Below, piece by piece: positions 1-12,424 of a DNA stretch of 64,000 bases. Origin of the DNA: Octopus sinensis (lineage: Eukaryota); contig NC_043000.1 of NCBI RefSeq assembly GCF_006345805.1, positions 112,344,001-112,408,000 of the forward strand. Direction: 5' to 3'. The notes under the pieces are model-generated. The model was given only the letters and a program-made list of their open reading frames with translations, did not search any database and was not told where the DNA came from. Within the stretch, counting starts at the first letter, position 1; every line of letters begins with the position of its first letter. Position numbers and translations under genes: made by a program.

Positions 1-15
1 ATATATATATCAATG

Positions 16-92
<77 letters not shown>
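1..92. repeat. (AT)n microsatellite
   Basis: Nearly pure alternating AT. Confidence 0.95.
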
Positions 93-94
<2 letters not shown>

Positions 95-507
95 GAGAAA
101 TATGCTGCTGGTGATAGTGATCACAATGGTGGTGGTGGTGGTGGTGGAGATGGTGGTGGCGGCAGCGGTTGTCACACACACACACACACACAAATATGTG
201 TCTACATATTATACGCACCCCTTATTCCTTTCTATGCCTTCCGTTGCATGTTCCTGGCAGATAATGTCCCTCCCATTCCGCCAATGCCTGTCTACAATGG
301 CAGCAGAATTTCACGGAACAAACACTTCCTTCTGTTTGTTCCGAGCTTTGATACATTTTGATTTACTGACTTCTCTCCTAGGTCCCCCCACCTGGCCTTT
401 TTTCCCCTTTTTTTCTGGGGACGGAGGGGCGGGGGGATTGCTGGCGAAGGGGATGCCGAGTGAGTATTTGTTGATGATGTGGTACTGAAGGGGTATATTA
501 TCTTATC

Positions 508-990
508 CCACCACCACCACCACCACCACCACCACCATCATCATTGCAGCTTTTATCACTACTATCAACATAGCTACTATCGCCACAGCCTATACTACTT
601 CAGCCACTACAAACACCCATGAAAACCATCATCGCCATTGTCAGCATCAATACTGTAACCACCACCACCACCACCACCACCACCACCACTGCAACCACCA
701 CCACTACAACCATCACTACCACCATAACCACCACTACCACCACCACCACCACTGCAACCACTACCACTGCAACCACACCAACTACAACCACCACTACCAC
801 CACCAAACTGCCACCATCACTGCAACCACCATCACCACAACCCTCACCACCACTGCAACCACTACCACTACAATCACCACACTGAAACCACCACCACTGC
901 AACCACCACCACTACAATCACCACAATAACCACCACGACGACCACCACCACCATCACCACATCCGCCACCATCACTGCAACCACCACCAC
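508..990. repeat. (ACC)n-rich trinucleotide region
   Basis: CAC/ACC/ACT triplets; explains the poly-Thr/poly-Val ORFs 600-902, 619-885 and 874-1122. Confidence 0.9.
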
Positions 991-1435
991 CATATTTCTC
1001 ACTAAGTCACTCTTCCTTTTATTGCTCCCCACCCACCGGGCCACTCCACCCCAACTGCTGAACCCTCTTTGCCAATACCACCCACTCACCCATCCAGGTT
1101 CCTGTTCTCCTCCCATAGACAAGTGTTACTCACCCTGGGTATTGTTATTCCTGTCCTTCCTTCCCCTACTCCCTATAAAACACCCCCCAACCTTGGTGTT
1201 GCTAATGGTAAAGCTATGTTTAATGTCACTATGTCCCACTCCTCTTCTGTCTCTTCCAATGAACTTCTGCTGCCAAAAAAAAAATTATTATAACAGGGTG
1301 GGTGGGTGTAACCCCTATGTGTGTTTCTTTGGGAGGAATTCGGCTGTGGCTAGAAATGACAGCCACATCACTCCTAAAACACTCTTAATGGCTTCAAATG
1401 TCGGTGCAAGGCCAGCAATTTCGGGGAGTGGGTAA

Positions 1436-1590
1436 GTCAACCCTAGGGCTCAACTGGTCCTTAATTTATCAACCCCAAAAGGATGGAAAGCAAAGCTGAC
1501 CTCAGTGGAATTTGAACTCTGACTGTAAAGACAGAGGAATACTGTTGAGCATTTTGCCCGGTGTGCTTATGATTCTGTTATTTCACTGCC
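1436..1590 (-). mobile_element. SINE family A (working label), degenerate
   Basis: ggaatttgaactc (B box on the minus strand) plus the central block aaaggatg-aaagcaaag-tgacctc shared with better copies such as 53170-53400. Confidence 0.7.
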
Positions 1591-1593
1591 TTC

Positions 1594-1647
<54 letters not shown>

Positions 1648-1699
1648 TAATAATAATGATAATAATAATAATAATAATAATGATAATAATAATAAGAAG
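1594..1699. repeat. (TAA)n microsatellite, 5' flank of the short Dong-like copy
   Basis: Direct reading. Confidence 0.95.
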
Positions 1700-2560
1700 A
1701 AGAAAAGCCCCTTCATGGTAAATACTGCACTAAACTAAACGCAAAAGAAATAGACAAAGAAAAATCCCAGCAATGGTTGAGAAGCTCAGGACTCAAAGCA
1801 GAAACAGAGGGATTTTTAATTGCAGCACAAGACCAAAGCCTCCCCACCAGAAATTACCAAAAACATGTAATGAAAAGAAATATTACAAGTAACTGCAGAA
1901 TATGTGGAGATGGACAAGAAACAATAAATCATATTATCTCTAGCTGCCCAGTCCTGGCTAAGAAGGAATATATTCACAGACATGACAGAGTTGGAACCTA
2001 CATACATTGGAAGCTATGCCAACATTATGGAATAACAACAGAAAAAAGATGGTATAGGCACACACCAGAAAAGGTCACAGAAAATGAGAAAGCAACCATA
2101 CTCTGGGATATGCCGATACACACAGATAGAGAAATTAAGGCCAACAGACCAGATATAGTTGTCAGAGATCATGAAGAAAAAAAATGCTTTCTAATTGATG
2201 TATCAATACCGGCTGATGACAACGTGTCTCTAAAAGAAATGGAGAAACTCTCAAAATACAAAGACCTGGAAATAGAGGTAACTAGAATGTGGAATCTGAA
2301 AACAGAAACAATTCCTATCATAGTAGGTGCATTAGGCATGATAAAAAAATATTCAGACAAATACATAACAAAAACACCAGGACTTACAAACACATATAAC
2401 ATACAGAAAATTGCACTACTAGGCACTGCACACATCCTACGCAGAACACTTTCCATACAATAACCATCAAAGCATCACAACAAATCACAGCACATACCCA
2501 AGGCACACAGAGCTGCGCTCGGTAGTGAAGTGAAAGCACACTATAAAAATAAAACTACTG
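1700..2560 (+). mobile_element. 5'-truncated R4/Dong-type RLE non-LTR retrotransposon
   Basis: ORF 1777-2463 encodes a CCHC knuckle (CRICGDGQETINHIISSC), an RHD motif and a PD..D..K restriction-like nuclease (RPDIV..LIDVSIP..KLSKY). About 6 differences from 5467-6326. Both flanks are (TAA)n. Confidence 0.9.
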
Positions 2561-2627
2561 AATAATAATAATAATAATAATAATGATAATAATAATAATA
2601 ATAATGATAATAATAATAATAATAATG

Positions 2628-2658
<31 letters not shown>

Positions 2659-2690
2659 TAATAATAATAATGATAATAATAATAATAATA

Positions 2691-2728
<38 letters not shown>

Positions 2729-2797
2729 AATAATGATAATAATAATAATGAAACGACGATGATGATGATGATGATGATAATAATAATAATAATAATG

Positions 2798-2850
<53 letters not shown>
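2561..2850. repeat. (TAA)n/(TGA)n microsatellite
   Basis: Direct reading; source of the poly-Ile/Tyr ORF 2555-2863. Confidence 0.95.
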
Positions 2851-2851
<1 letters not shown>

Positions 2852-3020
2852 GTGGAGGCGCAATGGCCTAGTGGTTAGGGCAGCGGACTTGCGGTCGGAG
2901 GATCGCGGTTTCGATTCCCAGACCGGGCGTTGTGTGTGTTTATTGAGCGAAAAAAACGCCTAAAAGCTCCACGAGGCTCCGGCAGGAGGTGGTGATCCCT
3001 GCTGTACTCTTTCACCACTC
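2852..3020 (+). mobile_element. SINE family B (tRNA-derived head), 3'-truncated
   Basis: A box tggcctagtgg and B box ggtttcgattccc; head and body match 8446, 20683 (minus) and 58752. Confidence 0.85.
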
Positions 3021-3085
3021 TAAAGGCGGTGCTCCAGCATGGCCGCAGTCAAATGACTGAAACAAGTACAAAAAAAAAAAAAAAA
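3021..3085 (+). mobile_element. 3' tail of SINE family D plus A-run, fused to the SINE-B fragment
   Basis: taaaggcggtgctccagcatggccgcagtcaaatgactgaaacaagta matches the family D 3' end (reverse of 13860-13905). Confidence 0.8.
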
Positions 3086-3094
3086 TGATAATAA

Positions 3095-6000
3095 TTGGAA
3101 AATGATAGAAGCCACACAACAATGCCCAATAATATAAACACTGAAACTGTAAAACACGAAGACAAACGCAACATTCCCAACAAACACGATGTAAACAATG
3201 AAGGGGAGCCTAATGATTATGATAATATAAAAAATAAAATAATCAAAGAACTGAAAACCACAGAGCTCAAAATGGACCACCGACCATACCTCCCAAGAAT
3301 CAAAATAAACAAAATAACAACACCTATTATAAACAGCATAAACCTAGCCGTCACTGAACTGATAGCCACTGAATCAAAAAAGAGTGATATCACTGAGCTA
3401 AATAACCTAATATAAGCAGCAGCCACTGCAGCCACAAAAGAAGCTGGATACTCACCCAAACCCGCCCAAACAGGAGTACCACTACCCAAACAAACCCTGT
3501 GGATAAATAACATCCAAAGCAAAATAAAAAAAATTAGAAAAGACCTGTCGATTCTTAATGAAATCAGCAAACAATCAACGCTACTGAGCAACAAAAAGAG
3601 AACAAAAATACTCCGCAAATATAATATCACAGAGAAAGATTTGCCTGAAATAAAAGAAAAGCTGAAGCAAGATATCCTTGCCAAAGCACAAAGGATCCGC
3701 CGGTACAAGAAACGCCAACGCTTCTTTGAAGAAAACAAAAAGTTCAACTCCAACCCCAAAAAGTTCTACCAAGAACTGGGAAAAAATAAAATAGAAGTCA
3801 CTGCAGCACCAACGGCAGAAGAATTGGAAGAATTCTGGGGAGAAATATGGTCGGCGAACGAACCACCAAAAAAAAGGAGTATCAGAATAACAAACTCGGC
3901 ATCTGAACAACTTTGGACCCCCATAACAACTGAAGAGGTCACCCAGGCACTGCAAAGACTAAGCAACTGGAAGGCACCTGGGCATGACAAGATCCCCAAC
4001 TTCTGGTTGAAATATCTAACAGGAATGCACAAAAAGCTGGCTGAAAACTTTAACAACATACTAGCAGAGCCAGAGACAATGCCTGAATGGCTCACGAAGG
4101 GGAAAACCATCTTAATTCCCAAATCAAATGAAACAGAAAAACCAGAAAACTACACACCAATAACCTGCCTCCCTACTTTGTTCAAGGCATTTACTGCAGT
4201 GATATCACAAAGGCTGAACAAGCACCTGGACGAAAACAAACTGTTCCCAGAAGAGCAGAAAGGATGCCGCAAAGGCTCATATGGCTGTAAAGATCAACTA
4301 ATGATTAATAAAGCCATAACTGAAGACAGCCACAGAAAGAAGAAAGGCCTCAGTATGGCCTGGATTGGCTACAAAAAGGCGTTTGATAGCATCCCCCACA
4401 CATGGATCCTCGAAACACTAGCCATTAACAAAGTAGCACCAACAATCATAAAATTCATAGAGCACTCTATGAATAAATGGCAAACAGTCCTACACCTCCA
4501 AACAAAAGAGGGACTCATGAAAACCAAAGACATCCCCATTAGAAGAGGAATATTCCAGGGAGACACGCTCTCTCCACTCCTTTTCTGCTTGGCACTGTCA
4601 CCTCTATCTGATATGCTAAATAGAACTGGATGCGGATATAAATGTTACGGCAAAACGATCAGCCACCTTTTATATATGGATGACCTAAAACTATACGCTG
4701 CAAATGACAAACAGCTGGAAACACTATTAAAGACAGTTCATGGATTTACCAAAGAAATAGATATGAAATTTGGATTAGAAAAATGCGCCAAAGTAACCTG
4801 AAAAGAGGAAAACTAGTTAAGAGTAACAACATCACACTAGATAAAACCAATGAAATAAAAGAATTAGACCAAAGCCAAACTTACAAATACTTAGGAATCC
4901 ATGAACTAGATAAGACACAACACACACAAATGAAAGAGAAAATAAAAAAAGAATATTATAGACGAGTTAGATCAATACTAAACACAGAGCTCAATGCTAA
5001 AAACAAGATAATAGGTATCAACACTTTAGCTGTCCCAGTTATAAGTTACAGCTACAATATCCTTAACTGGACACGAAACGAACTGACCAAAATAGATAGG
5101 AAAACAAGAAAAATAATGACAGGATCTAGGATGCATCACCCAAAATCTGACATAGAAAGACTATATATACAACGTATAGAAGGTGGTAGAGGCCTTATAC
5201 AGCTGGAAAACTACTATAAAATAACCACCATAGGACTGCAAAAATATCTACTTCAGAAGGAAGGAAAACTGATCCAGATAGCGGCAAAACACGAGCAAAA
5301 CAAAAAACTGTTCTCAGTATTTAAGGAAGCTGACAAATACAAACAAGAAATCATACCACCTAATAAACATGAAGAAGAAGAAGAAGATGAAGAAACAACA
5401 AAAGCTATAAAACAAATGAAATCCAAACTAAAAATAGAACACAACGAACCATGATAAAACGATGGCAAGAAAAGCCCCTTCATGGTAAATACTGGACTAA
5501 ACTAAATGCAAAAGAAATAGACAAAGAAAAATCCCAGCAATGGTTGAGAAGCTCAGGACTCAAAGCAGAAACAGAGGGATTTTTAATTGCAGCACAAGAC
5601 CAAAGCCTCCCCACCAGAAATTACCAAAAACATGTAATGAAAAGAAATATTACAAGTAACTGCAGAATATGTGGAGATGGACAAGAAACAATAAATCATA
5701 TTATCTCTAGCTGCCCAGTCCTGGCTAAGAAGGAATATATTCACAGACATGACAGAGTTGGAACCTACATACATTGGAAGCTATGCCAACATTATGGAAT
5801 AACAACAGAAAAAAGATGGTATAGGCACACACCAGAAAAGGTCACAGAAAACGAGAAAGCAACCATACTCTGGGATATGCCGATACACACAGATAGAGAA
5901 ATTAAGGCCAACAGACCAGATATAGTTGTCAGAGATCATGAAGAAAAAAAATGCTTTCTAATTGATGTATCAATACCGGCTGATGACAACGTGTCTCTAA

Positions 6001-6229
6001 AAGAAATGGAGAAACTCTCAAAATACAAAGACCTGGAAATAGAGGTAACTAGAATGTGGAATCTGAAAACAGAAACAATTCCTATCATAGTAGGGCATTA
6101 GGCATGATAAAAAAATATTCAGACAAATACATAACAAAAACACCAGGACTTACAAACACATATAACATACAGAAAATTGCACTACTAGGCACTGCACACA
6201 TCCTATGCAGAACACTTTCCATACAATAA
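3095..6229 (+). pseudogene. Disrupted RT + CCHC + restriction-like endonuclease ORF (~1040 codons)
   Basis: RT motifs KAPGHD, GIFQGDTLSPLLF and YMDD (4673-4684). In-frame TAA at 3413-3415; frameshifts near 4798, 5450 and 6094 (the short copy keeps the last site intact). Confidence 0.88.
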
Positions 6230-6326
6230 CCATCAAAGCATCACAACAAATCACAGCACATACCCAAGGCACACAGAGCTGCGCTCGGTAGTGAAGTGAA
6301 AGCACGCTATAAAAATAAAACTACTG
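3095..6326 (+). mobile_element. Near full-length R4/Dong-type RLE non-LTR retrotransposon
   Basis: Single RT-RLE reading frame in pieces. Preceded by TGATAATAA and followed by (TAA)-rich sequence. The 3'UTR ends in ataaaactactg, as in the short copy. Confidence 0.9.
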
Positions 6327-6371
6327 AATAATGATAATAATAATAAAAATAAAAATAATAATAATAATAAG

Positions 6372-6535
6372 TCAATTACAATGACTCCAATGTGTAACTG
6401 GTACTCATTTTATCAACCCCGAAAGGATGAAAGGCAAAGTTGACCTTGGTGGGATTTGAACTCAGAGCATAAAGAGCTGGAAGAAATGCCACTAAGCTAT
6501 TTGTCTGGCATACTAACGATTCTGCCAGTTTGACC
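6372..6535 (-). mobile_element. SINE family A, degenerate
   Basis: Central block ctggtactcattttatcaaccccgaaaggatgaaaggcaaagttgacc plus B box. Confidence 0.75.
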
Positions 6536-6859
6536 ATTGTTTCTTATATTGACACAAAGCCTGAAATTCTTGTGGAAGACGGTGACTTGATTACATTGCC
6601 ACACCCCATTCTTGAATTGTATTTATTCTATTGGCCTTGAAAAGACGAAAAGTGAAACTGATCTCAGCAGAAGTTGATCTCAGAATGTAAACCTAGAGGA
6701 AATGCTGCTAAGCATTGTGTCTGGCATGCTAACCATTCTGCGAGATCAATACCTTAATAATGATGATGATGATGACGATGATGATGATGACGACGACGAT
6801 GATAATGATCCTTTCTACTATAGGTACAAGGTCTGAAATTTGGGGTAAGAGGACAGTCG

Positions 6860-7020
6860 ATTATATTGAGCCCATTAATCAACTTATTTTGTCAACTCCA
6901 AAATCATTAAAGGTAAAGTTGACCTTGGTGGAATTTGAACTCAGAATGTAAAGAACCAGGAGAAATTCCACTAAGTATTTTTTTTTCCAACATACAAACA
7001 ATTCTGCCAGTTCACCATTT
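6860..7020 (-). mobile_element. SINE family A, degenerate
   Basis: aaaggtaaagttgaccttggtggaatttgaactcagaatgtaaag. Confidence 0.6.
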
Positions 7021-7271
7021 CAAAGAAGCAAATTCTTAATGTTTTAGAGAAGGACATGTTGGAGAATGTGGTATGGGGTTCCCTACACATAAGAAAAAGA
7101 CAGGATGGTCACAGCTGGATTGTCTTTGGTCACTGGTCTGTTTGATCAAGGCTGACCTGGAGCTAGACAACAGCATTAACACTACCACGAACCACTGCAA
7201 CCACTACATTAACGCCAGTACAACCATTCAGTACCACTGTTATGAACACCAATACTAAGATTGCAACAACG

Positions 7272-7680
7272 CCTATTTCTTTACTACCCACAAGGGGCTA
7301 AACACAGAGAGGACAAACAAGGACAGACAAACACATTAAGTTAATTATATCGACCCCAGTGCATAACTGATACTCATTTAATCGACCCTGAAAGGATGAA
7401 AGGCAAAGTCGACCTCGGCGGAATTTGAACTCAGAACATTGCGGCAGACGAAATACCTATTTCTTTACTACCCACAAGGGGCTAAACACAGAGAGGACAA
7501 ACAAGGACAGACAAACGCATTAAGTCGATCATATCGACCCCAGTGTGTAACTGGTACTTATTTAATCGACCCTGAAAGGATGAAAGGCAAAGTTGACCTC
7601 GGTGGAATTTGAACTCAGAACGTACAGACGAAATATTGCTAAGCATTTCGCCCGGCGTGCTAATGTTTCTGCCAGCTCGC
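7272..7680 (-). mobile_element. SINE family A head-to-tail dimer
   Basis: Full unit 7457-7680 followed, in element sense, by a unit lacking the A box; junction gaaatac|ctatttctttac at ~7456. Confidence 0.85.
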
Positions 7681-7734
7681 TTGCAACAAGATTGCAATAA
7701 CACCATCATCACGAACACCATGACGATCACTACT

Positions 7735-8380
7735 GTGATACTGAATGCAGAGGACATGGGAAGACTAGAGAGGAACAATGCTGGTGTGCTGTGCTGGATG
7801 TGCAATGTCAGTGTACATGTGCAACTAAGCTCTGAGAGAACTTGAGCATAAGAGGAATTCTTTATGCAGTGTGCAATGGAGAAGACTGCACTGGTTTGAT
7901 GATGTGATGTGGACGGTTGAGGACAGTTGCATAAAGAAGCGCTGATCACTGGAGGGAAGTCGTGGAAGAAAGAGATCCAGGAAGATATGAGATGAAGAAT
8001 CGAAGGCTGATCTCAAAATGCTGAACCTTACAAAGGAGATAAATGGGGTCCGAGATACGTGGTGCATTGCAGCACTCAAGAAGACCCATTCACCACAGGA
8101 GAATCGAGATCCTAAAACAAAGTGCTACGTAGAAAGCATTGGTAAGGGTGCTGGTGCCATGTAGAAAGCACTGGGGATGATTCCACATAAAAAAAAGCAC
8201 CCAGTACACTCTGTAAAGTGGTTGGCGTTTGGAAGGGCATCCAGCCGTAGAAACCAAACCAGAATAGATTATGGACCCTGGTGCAGCTCCTGGCCATGCT
8301 AGTTCCCATTAAATCATTCAATCCATACCAGTACAAAAACACAGAAGCTAAATGTTGTTGTTAATGATAATGATGATGAT
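7735..8380 (+). mobile_element. Old 5'-truncated RTE LINE (ORF C-terminus plus 3' tail)
   Basis: EDMGRLERNNAGVLCWMCNVSV resembles EDMRKLMRNEASMLRWMCNVSV of the 9-13 kb element; ends in the shared ggaagggcatccagc tail and (GAT)n. Confidence 0.75.
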
Positions 8381-8445
8381 ATGTCACCACTAATATGGCA
8401 CTTTACACAAAATTATCATTCTTCCTTTGCATCGCATGCCATTTG

Positions 8446-8750
8446 TGGAGGCACATGGCCGAGTGGTTAGAGCAGCGGACTTGCGGTCGAGGGATCGTGG
8501 GTTCGAATCTCAGACCGGGCAATGTGTGTGTGTTTATGAGTGAAACACCTAAGCTACACGCAGCTCTGGCAGAAGGTAATGGCGAACTTCTGCTGACTCT
8601 TTTGCCACAACTTTCTCTCACACTTTCCTCCTGCATCTTGCAGCTCACCTGCGACGGACCAGCATCCCATCCAGGTGGGGAACCTATACGCCAAGGAAAG
8701 TGGGAAATCGGCCCTTATGAGCCAGGCGTGGCTCGAGAAGGAACAAACAA
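8446..8750 (+). mobile_element. SINE family B, full length
   Basis: tRNA-like head tggccgagtggttagagcagcggacttgcgg...gggttcgaatc, then body and a family-specific tail. Confidence 0.85.
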
Positions 8751-9029
8751 AAATCGCACCCCATTACCAGTCTTCTTCTTACCCTCTGCAATTAATTTGC
8801 AATTAATTTGCATAAATGGTGCCTCATTTTCATGTTGTTTTTTTTCTTTTCCCAGCTCACTTCTTCCCTGTTGTTCTTTACACCTGCAACAGACCATCCT
8901 CACTTCCTTTCCTCCGAATCTTAGCATATATGCTCTCCATTTAATAGCCATGCAATAGAGAGAGAGAGAGAGGGAGTGTGTGTATGTGCATGGTTGTGTA
9001 TGTATGTATGTATGTTCATATGTATCAGA

Positions 9030-9076
<47 letters not shown>

Positions 9077-9097
9077 TTTATATATATATATATATGT

Positions 9098-12000
9098 CCC
9101 TCATCCCAGGGTCTCAGATGCCCACACCTCCCACACCCTCAGAGTTGGCACACTCAATGTTGGCACATTGAAAGGTAGGTCTGGAGAGATTGTAGAGCTG
9201 TTTGAACGGAGACGTGTGGATGTATGCTGTATCCAGGAAGTAAGGTGGAGAGGAGGTTCCGCTAGGCTCCTCACAGGCAAGGGACACAGGTACAAGATTT
9301 TCTGGGCAGGGAACACTGACGGGGTTGGGGGCGTGGGTATACTTCTTGCGGAGAAATGGGTAGGTAAGGTAATCGAGGTAGTCAGAGTAAGTGACAGAGT
9401 AATTAAAATTAGATTAGTCCTTCACCACAGGACAGCTACCATCATCTCGGCATATGCCCCTCAACCAGGGCTACCGGAAGGACAAAAAGACCAATTCTAT
9501 GACACCCTATTGCGGACTACCTCGTTGACAAATGACAGCGACCTTCTCTTCGTGGCAGGTGATTTCAATGGACATGTCGGACGGCATGTCGGGGGCTTCC
9601 ATGGCGTCCATGGAGGCTACGGTTTTGGCTCTCGTAATGAGGAGGAAACCAGGCTGCTGGAGTTCTGCGATGCAATGACCTTATGGTCTGCAATACCAAC
9701 TTCAGGAAACCCACCTCTCACCTAGTCACCTACCGTTCTGGCAGACACACCATCCAGATTGACTACATCCTTGCCAGAAAAAGGGAAAGAGGGCTGATTA
9801 TAAATGCCAAAACCTTTCCAGGCGAAGAATGTACTCCTCAACATAGATTAGTAGTTAGCGACTTCAGGATCAGAGCTAAATGGTTGCCCAGAAGAAGACC
9901 AGCTTGGAGGAGAATGATCTGGAAGCTTAAAGATCCTGCAAATGGACAGAGATTTAGAGACATACTACTCGAAGCCTTTGACGAAATAGAAGGGGATATA
10001 GCTTCACTTAATGTGGAAGACAACTGGAGATTCCTACGGGACAATCTGCTGACAGCCACTGACCAGATCTGTGGATGGAGCAAAGTACCATCTCGACCCA
10101 GAGTAACATGGTGGTGGAACACTGTGGTTGACAGGGCTATTAGACAAAAGAGACAGGCTTGGAAGGACTGGAAGAACGGTGGTAGCAAGGAATTGTATCA
10201 GACAGCCAGAAGGGAAGCTAGGAGGCAGGTTTATTTAGCCAGAGGGGAAGCGGATAAGAAAAAATTTGCCAATGTTCTGAGCCGTGAGGATGAAAGACTT
10301 GAGGTATTTCATGTTGCAAGACAGTGTGTGAGAGAGAATCGTGATGTGGTAGGAGAGAAGTGTGTTCGCATGGATGATGGTTCACTTGTGCTAAATGAGG
10401 ATGCAAAGAGAGAGGTTTGGAGATGCCACTATGAAAGGTTGCTGAATAAAGAAAATGAATGGGATAAAGAGAGTCTGCCGAATGTTGACCCAACAGAGAG
10501 ACCAGCTATCTGAGTTGATAGTTCCGTGGTAGCTAAGGCAATTAGAAGCATGAAGACAGGGAAAGCCCCAGGCCCATCAGGAATTACTGCAGAGATGCTC
10601 AAAATATCTGGCAGTGTCGGCTATAACCTAGTCACCCGTATAGTCAACCAGGTGATACACGAAGGGTCATACCCAATGACTGGTGGCAGCAGCATACTAG
10701 TCAACTGCTACAAAGGTAAAGGTGATGCCCTAGATACAAATAATTACAGAGGTATCAAGCTGTTGGATCAGGTAATGAAGGTTACGGAGAGGGTCATAGC
10801 CCAACTAATTAGAGAGAGAGTTAGTTTAGATGAGATGCAGTTTGGGTTCGTGCCAGGGAAAAGCACCACTGATGCTATATTCCTGGTAAGGCAGCTGCAG
10901 GAGAAATACCTAGCCAAAGATAAGCCCCTGTACCTGGCTTTCGTTGACATGGAGAAAGCCTTTGATAGGGTCCCCCGATCCCTCATCTGGTGGTCAATGA
11001 GGAAACTAGGGATAGATGAATGGCTGGTGAGGGCTGTGCAAGCCATGTACAGAGATGCCGTAAGTAAGGTTAGGGTTGGCAACATGTACACAGAAGAATT
11101 CAAAGTAGAGGTTGGGGTCCACCAGGGTTCAGTACTCAGCCCCCTCCTATTTATCATAGTCCTCCAGGCAATTGTGGAGGAATTCAAGACAGGTTGCCCC
11201 TGGGAGCTCTTCTATGCTGACGACCTCGCTCTAATTGCTGAGTCACTATCAGAACTGGAGGAGAAGTTCCAGGTGTGGAAGGAGGGTTTAGAATCGAGGG
11301 GCCTTAGAGTCAACCTAGCTAAAACCAAAGTACTAATAAGTAGAAAGGTAGACAATCCACAAATGTCCTCAGGAAGATGGCCCTGCTTGATCTGTAGAAA
11401 AGGTGTAGGTAGAAACTCTATAAGATGTATCCAGTGTAAGCTATGGACACATAAGAGGTGCAGCAATGTCAAAGGTAGGCTAACTGGGAAGATAGTTTTT
11501 GTATGTGGCAGATGCTCGGGAGCATTGACCTCCGAAAATCTGCAGAAAACAATTTCCGTCACTTTCCAGGGGGAAAAATTAGAAGTAGTTGATAGCTTCT
11601 GTTATCTAGGTGACCAAGTCAGTAGTGGGGGTGGGTGCGCTGAGAGTGTAACTGCTAGAATAAGAATAGCCTGGGCAAAGTTTAGGGAGCTCTTACTTCT
11701 GCTGGTGACTAAAGACCTCTCGCTCAGAGTAAAAGGCAGACTGTATGATGCATGTGTACGAACTGCCATGCTACATGGCAGTGAAACATGGGCCGTGACT
11801 GCTGAGGACATGCGTAAGCTCATGAGGAATGAAGCCAGTATGCTCCGATGGATGTGTAATGTCAGTGTACTTACTAGACAGAGCGTTAGTTCCTTGAGAG
11901 AAATGTTGTACCTAAGAAGCATCAGTTGTGGTGTGCAAGAGAGACGATTGCGCTGGTATGGTCATGTGGCGAGAATGGATGAAGATAGGTGTGTGAGAAA

Positions 12001-12166
12001 GTGCCAATCCCTAGCAGTTGAGGGAACCCGTGGAAGAGGTAGACCCAGGAAAACCTTGGACGAGGTGGTGAAGCACGACCTTCGAACGTTAGGTCTCACC
12101 ATGGAAATGACTAGAGACCGAGACCTATGGAAGTATGCTGTGCGTGAGAAGACCCGGCAAGACTAG
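9098..12166 (+). pseudogene. Disrupted APE endonuclease + reverse transcriptase + PHD finger ORF
   Basis: APE motifs TLNVGTL, CIQEVRW, AGDFNGH, QIDYIL and QHRLVV; RT motifs KAPGPSG, VHQGSVLSP and YADD (11213-11224). Frameshift ~9675-9690; in-frame TGA at 10511-10513. Confidence 0.92.
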
Positions 12167-12424
12167 TGAAGCCATAACCCGTGACCCCTACCTGGGACGT
12201 AGTCAGTCCACCTGTGCATACCTTCCTGCTTGTGACACTTGTGAAGACCTGTTGAGGCAAGTGAAAATCAAATCAAATCAAATCAAACCAAATCAAAATA
12301 GATGAACATCAATGGAACTTGTATCCTTGTGGTACCAGTGCCAGTGGCACATAAGAAAACCATCCGAACGGGACCGTAGCCAGTACCGCATCCACTGGCC
12401 TCCGTGCTGTGGGCACGTAACAAA

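Noticed and set aside
93-1435. ORFs rich in V/T/H/P at the window start
   Set aside because: Translations of trinucleotide repeats; no domain-like sequence or splice context.
2852-2930. tRNA gene calls for the heads of SINE families A, B, D and the 56.8-kb element
   Set aside because: Acceptor and anticodon stems do not close, and each head continues into a repeat body.
1700-6326. Assembly duplication as the cause of the two Dong copies
   Set aside because: The copies have different 5' junctions and several substitutions plus an indel, consistent with independent insertions; read-level confirmation is still advisable.
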